A stretch of 64,000 nt of DNA, from contig NW_021833108.1 in assembly GCF_006345805.1 (NCBI RefSeq), forward strand, positions 5,899 through 69,898, written 5' to 3'. Below, piece after piece: positions 52,935-64,000 of this stretch (positions within the stretch are counted from its first letter, which is position 1; each line of letters starts with the position of its first letter). The stretch is from Octopus sinensis (lineage: Eukaryota). The position numbers and the translations under genes are program-made. The notes under the pieces are model-generated. The model did not search any database. It had not been told where the DNA came from and was given only the letters and a program-made list of their open reading frames with translations.

Positions 52935-53922
52935 GGGCTTCTTTCAGTTTCTGTCTAACAATACACTGACCCGAGTCTATAAAAGAAGACACTTGCCCAA
53001 GGTTCTCAACACAGTGGGGCTTAATCCCTTAACCCTGAATTTAGTTGTGAAGGAAACTTCTTACTACAGAGCCACTCCTGCACATGAGGAATTTTTATTC
53101 CATATCACTCTGACAGAGGTGAGATTCGATCCTAGAACAGTTCTAAAAGCAACACACTAACATATTTTACCTTCTCAACCCCTGTATTTACCCTTTCCGT
53201 GTACCCTAAACTGAATAACTGTTTCGAACGTTGTAAACATGCAGGACGTTTACTCGTTTAACCCCTAAATAACTCCCCGACAGTCAATGAATCTCTCGCC
53301 AGCTGTAATTATATTTACCATCCGCCCTACTACGCAGCACCAAGCACCCGGTTCACAGTACTTTAAAAACACACAAGGACGTTTCTCATCAAAACACTTA
53401 CATCACGAACGCCATTTTCTCTACTCATGGCATCAAAAATTAATAACCACTTCACAAACACACAAAGTACATACAAAAGATCCCACCCCGACAATTCATC
53501 TCTCGCCACTCTTAATTACTTGTCTTCTCCCTCATCAATCCACCAAGATTAATCAGTTAACTCGAGATACATGTTTTGTACCCGTGGTTTTGTTAACTGA
53601 AGCACTCAACTTGAGGGGTCATACCCGATAATTCATCTCTCGACACCATGAAATGTGTTATTAAGCTTCATATCTGCCACACTGTACTAAATTGCAAAGC
53701 CAGTATTTCAACTGAGTGTGTACAACTGTATATGCCTATATGCCTTTATCTATATGCATAGGTGTATTTGTCAATAGATGTGTGTGCGTCTCACGTATTT
53801 CTTGTACAATCAACAATTTCGTTTTCTTCCCTCATTCTTAAATTCTTTGCTTCATTTTCCGTTGAGTTCTCTCTACTTTCATTCTCTTTTTCTTCGGGCA
53901 AGCTATGAATTGTAGCCTCATC

Positions 53923-54015
<93 letters not shown>

Positions 54016-54018
<3 letters not shown>

Positions 54019-54520
54019 TTTAAAAATTTTGGTACAAGGTCAGCAATTTCGGGGTAGGGGGCAACTCGATAACATTGATCTCAGTGCTTATTTTATCGAC
54101 CCGGAAAGGAAATGAGAGGCAAAGTCGGCCTCGGCGGCATTTGAACCCAGAACGTAAAGCTGCTAAGCATTTTACTCTGCATGTTAACGATTCTACCAGC
54201 TCGCCGCCTTTATAATATAATACTATATTATAATATATTATTGTTCAAGTGCCGTAAGGGTCGATTTTGCCTTTCATCTTATTGAGATCGATGAAATAAA
54301 GAACAGTTGAATACTGGGAACGAGCTAATAGTCTAGCCCCTCCCCACAAAATTTCAAGCTTTGTGCGTATAGAAGAAAGATTTAAATTACATTATATTAT
54401 ATTATATTACATTGTGGGGGTACAATGGCCCAGTGGTTAGGGAAGCGGCTCGCAGTCGTGAGATTGCGGTTTTGAATCCCAGACCTGGCGTTTTGAGTGT
54501 TTATTGAGCTAAAGCTCCGT
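54016..54520. mobile_element. Degenerate SINE B copies (54016-54210 -, 54258-54380 +) and a partial SINE C head (54415-54520 +)
   Basis: Similarity to the better-preserved copies in this window. Confidence 0.7.
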
Positions 54521-55399
54521 CATCTAAGAGAATTTCCAATCATTATTCATCATTTAGGGATAGCAGTAATCGTCATAGCACAGGGCTAAGTAAATTGGTT
54601 TTGCATCTTAAAGACAACAATAAAGATTTTAAGTTAGATAGGTTCATCCTGTCCATATCTTTTCCTTACGATAAGGGCAAGGGATTTTGTAATATTTGCA
54701 ACTCTGAACTCTTCCATATTCTCTTCTCTAAGAATCACCTTGTTAACACACTTATAGAGCGATCTTACAAATGTAAACACTGGCAGAAACATACCTTTAG
54801 CTCATATAAGTGATTTTGCCAGTCTTTATAGTTTGAACAGTTAGTTCAACTTGCACTTTACTTCAATAGAGAAATCTACTTCTAAGCCTTTGAACATTTT
54901 TTCAACCAACGTAGCCCTCTTTATTTCTTCTCTACTTATTATTTCTTTAACCCTTCTCTTTCTAGTATCTGCCTTTGACATCGAATCTACTAACGGTTTT
55001 TTTTAAATACTTAATAACGTTCTGTTTATCATTTATACAGCCATCGTAATTGTTATAATGTCTTGTTGTTGAGATAGACTGTCTTTCTTTCCTGATGAGA
55101 CGATTGCATTTTACACCGTTTATTCCTTTGGAATAAACCAATGTTTTCTTCGAAACATATGTCGAAAGTAAATGAATTTTAATAACATTTGCGTTCAACT
55201 CCATCTATTTACTTATACTACACAAATTATTGCACATTAACCCGGAGTTTCTACCTTTGAATAGGTCGCTTCATCCGAGATACTTGCGTGAATTTTGCTA
55301 CTCTGGTAATTGTTTATTGAATTTTCCATGTTAACGGTAAACAAAGGATAATTCATTCATCCATTTATATATATATATCAGAATAAAAGAATATATATA

Positions 55400-57148
<1,749 letters not shown>

Positions 57149-58074
57149 GAAGAAAAGAAGCGATGTGAAAGCCAACATATGTTTATGTGTGTGCGTATGT
57201 GCATTTGTTAGTGCGTGTTTATTGGTGTGTGTGTGTGTGTGTGTGTATGGATATATACGTTTGCGAGGGCATGTTTGTATGTGCACACATATATGTATAA
57301 GAAATGCTTCTTTCAGTTTCCTTTAACTAAATCTCTTTACTAGTTTTGGTCGGCCCGAGGCTATAGTAGAAAAAACTTACTCAAGGTTCCATGGAGTGGG
57401 ACTGAACCCAAAACCATGTGGTTGGGAAGCAAACTTCTTACCACACAGACACGCCTGCCGCTGTAATAAGAAATGGTTCCTACATATATGTATGTATGTA
57501 TGTATTTATTTATTTATGTATGTATGTATGTATGTATGTATGTATGTACGTCTGTATGCATGCATGTAAGTATGTATGCACATATGTATGTATGTATGAA
57601 CGTATGTATGTATGAACCTATGTATGAACGTATGTATGAACGTATGTTTGTGTGTATGTATGCATGTATGCATGTATGTATGTATTTATGTATGTATGTA
57701 CGTCTGTATGAATGCATGTAAATATGTATGTACATATGTATGTATGTACGTATGTATGTATGTATGAACGTATGTTTGTGTGTATGTATGCATGTACGCA
57801 TATATGTATGTATGTATGTATGTATGTACGTATGTATGTATGTATGTATGTATGTATGTATGTATGTATGTTTGTTTGTATGTGTGTATACACATATCAC
57901 ACATGGGTTAGCTATGTAGGAAATGTCTCAGATTGTATATAGATTTTTTGCTGCGCTGGTGTTGCAGTTGTGATCTTGTGGTGGTTATGTTATGGTAATA
58001 GTGTCGTTTGTGAGATAAATGCGATGTTGGGACAATAAAGATCCGACGGAGGTAATTGTACAGAGAATGTTGAG

Positions 58075-58625
58075 ATTTTTGTACTCTTTTGTAATGTGGC
58101 AAAAATTGTTTGCTTTCGTACTTTTCGTGTACATTTTAATGTTTGTACTCTTGGCCCTTTAAATTATAATTTTTGTAATATGGGAAAATTTGTTAATTTT
58201 CTAAATTTTTAATTTTTGTACTCTTCACCTTTATATAGTACTCTTTGTAATGCGTGAAGAATTGATGTTAATATTGTACTTTTCTTGTACTTTTTAATAT
58301 TTGTATCCTCGGCATTTTTTATTGTATTTTCTGCAATGCAGGAAAAATTGTTTACTTTTGTACTTTTTGAACTTTTGTACTCTTGGCCCTTTATATTGTA
58401 CTCTTCGTAATGTGGGAACAATTATTTACTTTTGTACTTTTTTTAGTATTTGTACTCTTGGCCCTTTATATTGTACTCTTCATAATGTGGGAAAAACTAT
58501 TGTTTGCTTTTGTACTTTTTGAAATATTTGTACTCTGGCCCTTTCTATTATACCATTTGTAACGTGGGAAAAATTGTTTATCCTTGTAATTTTCCTGTAC
58601 TTTTGGACCTTTATATCGTACTTTA
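58075..58625. repeat. Degenerate minisatellite, unit about 70-80 bp, about 7 copies
   Basis: Recurring 'tttgtactcttggccctttatattgtactcttc.taatgtggga'. Confidence 0.8.
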
Positions 58626-58924
58626 GACGTCATCTGTACCCCTACAATAACAAGTGGAGTCTTCAACAGCAGGGATGTTGTTTATTACAGTTCTCATAGG
58701 CTTTCTTATCTTTTATTTTCGTCTTATACAATGTTTGGGTGGTAAATTTAATCAAACTCCCAGTTTAGCACCGCCATGTAACCTTTGGGCCTCTTTTGCA
58801 AAGTCTGGTCTATGGCAAGCGTACGGTCTGAAAGAAAAGAAACAAATGAGATGATCACAGCTGAAATATCATTGATCATATACGTGTTTGATAAAAGCTG
58901 ATATGAAGCTAAAGGGCAAGAAGC

Positions 58925-58989
<65 letters not shown>

Positions 58990-59321
58990 AAGAAGCAAAG
59001 AAAAAAGAAGAGAAAAGAAAAAAAGGAAAGGAGAATGCTCTAGATATCGATGTAAATGTTTAAACTGTAACCTTGAGAAGTTATAAGAAGCTGTCTCGTC
59101 TCGAAAAATACGAAACAAAAATAATTCCTTAATCAGTGTTGTACAATTCCATTCTATGAACGGGAAGAAATAAAAATATACATGATACTATGAAAGTTTG
59201 GCTTGTAATTCTATCAGGTTGTTTGTTGTTGTCTGAATTTCAACGAACAGAAGACGATAAAAGCGGCCTTTACGTTCTTGGGAGTTTAGAAATAATTATA
59301 ATGATGATGATAATAATAATA

Positions 59322-59390
<69 letters not shown>

Positions 59391-59422
59391 TAATAATAAC
59401 AATAACAATAATAATAACAATA

Positions 59423-59461
<39 letters not shown>

Positions 59462-59462
59462 C

Positions 59463-59507
<45 letters not shown>

Positions 59508-59621
59508 TGCTGATGCTGATGGTGATGATGATGATGATAAGAAGAAGAAGGATGATGATGATGATGATGATGATGGTGGTGATGGTGGTGATGATGATGA
59601 TGATGATGGTGGTGATGGTGG

Positions 59622-59684
<63 letters not shown>

Positions 59685-59690
59685 AAAGAA
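58925..59690. repeat. (AAT)n and (GAT/GGT)n microsatellites
   Basis: Direct inspection. Confidence 0.9.
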
Positions 59691-59737
59691 ACATTTAAAA
59701 ATAGACATACACACGCACCACACAAACGCGCAAATGG

Positions 59738-59772
<35 letters not shown>

Positions 59773-60061
59773 TATATATCCTATTATGAATGTATGAACG
59801 CATGCGCGTGCGTGTGTCTGTGTGTATATTTATATACATACATCTATTTACATCTTAGGAATAAGGCTCTAGACAACATGCTTTTACTTATCAGATAAAA
59901 AGATACTTACCCCACGTTCACCCCTTACCTACCAACATTTCACTCTTCTACTATCAATAGACTACCAGAAAACACGAAGGACTCCTACCCCACAACTATC
60001 ATCATCATCATCATCATCATCCTCATACACACACATACACACACACGCACACACACAGAGA

Positions 60062-60128
<67 letters not shown>

Positions 60129-60229
60129 ATAGATATATACATGTACACACATACACCCACACACATATATTTGTGTGAGAGTGGGGTGGTTGTGAATGTA
60201 AGTTTTTGCTCGTGCGTTTATCTTCATCT

Positions 60230-60469
60230 TTGTCTTTTACTTGTGTCAGTCATTGGACTGCGACCATGCTGGAGTACTGCTTTGAAGGGTTTCAGTCGAA
60301 CAAATCAACCCCAATGCTAATGTTTAGAGGTTTTTTTTAATTTCATTTATTTATTTTTTCAGTCTGTTACATATTCTTTCGGTCTCATGGAGAAGCACTA
60401 ATTTGCGGAGACGTAAACAAACCAACAGCGGTTGTCAAGTGGAGAGGAGAGACATACACACACATGTAC

Positions 60470-60545
<76 letters not shown>

Positions 60546-60705
60546 GGTTTCCACACGGTTTCCGTTTACCAACTTCACTTGCAAGACATTAATCTGCCCG
60601 GGGCTACAACAGAAAACACTTCCCCAAGGTGCCATGTAGTGAGACTGAACCCGATGCCATATGGTTGTAAAACATGCTTCATTAACTACTTAGCCATGCC
60701 TGCAC
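60230..60705 (-). mobile_element. SINE family A, old diverged copy with internal (TATC)n
   Basis: Tail 'cagtcattggactgcgaccatgctggag' and head 'ccaaggtgccatgtagtgagactgaacc'. Confidence 0.7.
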
Positions 60706-60804
60706 CAAGTGTGTTTACTGGGCAGTCAAGAAGTTCTCTACGTAATCGCAAGGTACCGGGTTCGATCCGACTACGTAGGTAGGATAATCAGTATCTACTT
60801 TTAG

Positions 60805-61140
60805 ATCGACCCCAGTAAGCAACTGGTACTTAATTCATCGATCCTGAAAGGATGAACGGCAAAGTCAACCACAGCGGAATTTGAACTCAGAACGTAAAGA
60901 TAGACGAAATACCTATTTCTTTACTACCCACAAGGGGCTAAACACAGACAGGAAAAACAAAGACAGACAAACGGATTAAGTCGATTATATCGACCCCAGT
61001 GCGTAACTGGTACTTATTTAATCGACCCCGAAAGGATGTAAGGCAAAGTCGACCTCGGCGGAATTTGAACTCAGAACGTAGCGACAAACGGGATACCGCT
61101 AAGCATTTCGCCCGGCGCGCTAACGTTTCAACCAGCTTGC
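60805..61140 (-). mobile_element. SINE family B multimer
   Basis: Same units and junction as 5096-5482. Confidence 0.85.
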
Positions 61141-61432
61141 CCCTTTCTCATACCAAGTCACGCTGATTCTGCATGAGGTTTAGGATAGGGGCCCACGTGA
61201 CTATAAGATACTCAGCTGCTTAGACGATGAGGAGCTAATCAATGGCTCAGAGAACTAGAATAATCATCGTTGAAATCGACGAAGTTCCATTTTCTACTTT
61301 ATTTATCTGCACATTTATATATATTGACGCGTCCGTGTGAATTTGTGAAACAATAGATTTTTTATGTATAAGTATAGTCTTCATACATACATACATAAAT
61401 ACATACATGCTAACATACATACATACACGTAC

Positions 61433-61475
<43 letters not shown>

Positions 61476-61476
61476 A

Positions 61477-61638
61477 CGGGATTCTTTCAGTTTCCGTCTA
61501 CCAAATCCATTCACAAGGCTTTGGTCGGCCCGAGGCAATAGTAGAAGACACTTACCCAAGGTGCCACGCAGTGGTACTGAACCCAGAACTATGTGATTGG
61601 TAAGCAAGCTACTTACCACACAGCCACTCCTGCGCCTA
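61477..61638 (-). mobile_element. SINE family A head (further heads at 52933-53085 and 57305-57458)
   Basis: 'tttcagtttccgtctaccaaatcc...ccacacagccactcctgcgcc'. Confidence 0.85.
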
Positions 61639-61639
61639 T

Positions 61640-61665
<26 letters not shown>

Positions 61666-61670
<5 letters not shown>

Positions 61671-62138
61671 TTAAGGGTAGAAATTGATATTAGTCAATTA
61701 AAACCAGTGGTCTAGCATATAAATACAATTTGCTGGACTAGATACAAAAACGATTGACCGGAGTCTCGCCTGCATGGAGTTCAACCGATTATATTTGAAT
61801 GTATTTTTCAAATGCCTTCACTTCGTATTTATAACGGACCATGCTGATGAGATTACAGTTTATCCTTGCGGATAATAATAATCAAAACTGATTCAGTACA
61901 TGGGTAATTATTTTATTTCGTATATTTTCATTTGTCTTGTTTAATGCTTTGGTTTTGTGCTGAGTTTATTTGAGAACATACTCTTTGTGGAGAATGGCGC
62001 GATTAACGTCTATATCTAGCATGTTGACTGTCCACTTTTCGTGTTCAGTCCTTAATTGTATGTAAAATATTTTAATCTTCGGATTCTTTTAATATGCTAG
62101 ACACTGATTTTAATTGACTAATATCAATTCTACCCTTA

Positions 62139-62144
<6 letters not shown>
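61666..62144 (+). mobile_element. ~480-bp element with ~55-bp inverted termini in (TA)n, containing a hammerhead motif (61839-61903) with G12->A
   Basis: 61666-61720 approximates the reverse complement of 62092-62144; CCATG-CTGATGA-GATTA...TAATC-[A]AAAC-TGATTCA-GTA^-CATGG. Confidence 0.75.
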
Positions 62145-62198
<54 letters not shown>

Positions 62199-62542
62199 AG
62201 AATAGGCATTTAATATTTAATTAAATATTTCAGTATTTCATTTGTTCAATAAGACAATCAATACTTCATTTCATTTCTTGTAAGGGAAGGAACTTATTTC
62301 CTTCCCTTACAAGAAGAATAAACCCAACCGGAATCTACCCAGTATCCACTCTATATTGAGTGAGGAAACGGTATGGACGGATTTTTGGAGTCCAATATTA
62401 CCCTGTACGCCTATTTGATTATGAAGATTTACAAACATACTTTCCCAGAGATACTCAGTTTACCTACCATTATAAATAATACCAAATGTTCTTTCTCAAA
62501 CCTTTCATAATGTGATACAAGTCTTTGGTGTAGCAATTGCAT

Positions 62543-62635
62543 GCGGCTGAAGAGGGCTTTTAAACTATCTGTTATGTCGATTATACATTGATGTAAGAAT
62601 AAGTTGTTTTATAAAGCTCGAAACATGTGTATCGC
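62543..62635 (+). ncRNA. Type I hammerhead ribozyme motif, intact core, at the 3' end of a ~480-bp (TA)n-flanked element
   Basis: GCGG-CTGAAGA-GGGCTTT...AAAGCTC-GAAAC-ATGT-GTA^-TCGC. Confidence 0.75.
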
Positions 62636-62674
62636 GACATCCTTTGTGTCCCGTTTTTCATTTTACTTCATTTG

Positions 62675-62711
<37 letters not shown>

Positions 62712-62854
62712 ATATATATATAATATATATATATAATATAATAATAGCTAACTAGTATCAAGTCCTTTTCTCACATAAAATGCAGAAACTACGTAAATTT
62801 ATAATTTATTCACAGAAAATATTCAATCCTCATTATATACATGTATGTATGTTT

Positions 62855-63411
62855 GTCAGGTCACTTTCGAGTGCTACTGGTAACATGTAACCCAGAACAA
62901 CCTGTTGCATGGTCGGGTCGCCGGCGACTAAACCGGCAACCCCACCAAGCCTGCTTGGTGAGGAGGGTGTTTATTGGACACCCTGCGGGATGAAAAACAA
63001 AACCCGTCAAAGGGCGGAGGAACTCTTGAGAGTCAACGACCATCCAATAAATGTTTTAAGGCTGTATCATGCGCGGGGACATAGAAATAATCGGACGGAA
63101 TACCCGATCGCGCGGTTAAACCAGTGGGAGTGAAGGACTCCTAGCCTTTGTTAGGGCATCCTTCTAGGAGAAGGTAACTCGGGTAACTGGGATAACTCCG
63201 ACATAAAAGCTGCGGCTCAGTGGTTGCCGATGATGTTGACTTATTCTTCTTTTCGGATTATGGCTGCTGTTGGTTAGTGAGTGGAATTGACTCAGTGCAC
63301 TGCCTTTCCTCACTTAAAAAAAAAATCTTCTTGCACAGGCATTGCACGATAACAACATTGATTAAGCTTCGTGCAATGGCCATATTCGATAACGAGGGGG
63401 CAGTTACCACC
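62855..63411 (+). mobile_element. Non-coding element resembling an RTE LINE 5' UTR (possible non-autonomous RTE derivative)
   Basis: 'gggcatccttctaggagaaggtaactc' resembles the RTE 5'-UTR motif GGCAACCAGTCTAGGAGAAGGAAAACTC as I recall it; GC-richer than its flanks; bounded by atgtatgtatgt on both sides. Confidence 0.5.
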
Positions 63412-63451
63412 ATGTATGTATGTATGTAGTATATGCTTGTATGTATGTATG

Positions 63452-63568
<117 letters not shown>

Positions 63569-64000
63569 TAAGAAGAAGAGGAGAGAGGAGGATTGTTCCC
63601 CTCAAAATACGCTTCCCAGTGAATTCTATACAAGTAGAAAACTTTATCTCGAAGCCGTATTCACGAATGATGGATAGAAGAAACTGAATTGGATGCTAAA
63701 AATGCAGACGCTGTCACAATAATGCGCCAGCTTCAGCGTTCGTTCCTCAGAAGAAGAGAGGCTGGTTAAAAAAGAAAGAAGCCAAACTCGGTAGCTTCAA
63801 TAACGTTTACGTGCGTGTGAATGATGGATAATGACCGAAAGAGCAGTATCGCGAATACAAGCGGCCGAAATGATGAAACGGGCTTCTTTGTTCGTGTATA
63901 TTTGATTGCGTATGTGTGTGTGAGTGAGAGTGTGTGTGTGTGTGTGTGTGGTGTGTGTGTGTGCATGTACGTATGTGTACGTGTCAGTATGTATTGACAT

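Noticed and set aside
58075-58625. CRISPR-like periodicity
   Set aside because: The 'spacers' are homologous to each other, the context is eukaryotic and there are no cas genes; this is a minisatellite

Overview
Eukaryotic, AT-rich, repeat-saturated genomic DNA with no confidently identifiable host protein-coding gene. Almost all long ORFs in the track are translations of (TA)n/(CA)n/(TATG)n/(GATA)n/trinucleotide microsatellites. The repeat repertoire (modular tRNA-derived SINEs, R4/Dong, RTE, CR1, Tx1, Penelope-like elements, Helitrons, Tc1/mariner) suggests a coleoid cephalopod, probably Octopus; this is an inference. Recognisable coding remnants are all transposon-derived: Tx1-like LINE pieces, two R4/Dong RLE tails sitting in (TAA)n, RTE and CR1 3' ends, a Penelope-like RT+GIY-YIG, a mariner-like 3' end and a 1.2-kb Tc1-like element with DD36E spacing. 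The most interesting hidden signal is at least 8 type-I hammerhead-ribozyme motifs, two with fully intact cores and compensatory stem changes. They lie in short non-coding elements, several with fold-back termini and/or inserted in (TA)n tracts, near a Penelope-like RT that could mobilise them. Also notable: SINE 3' tails that match LINE 3' ends in the same window (CR1 and Tx1), head/tail shuffling among SINE families, a recurrent SINE multimer junction, and a SINE-internal microsatellite that repeatedly hosts other insertions.
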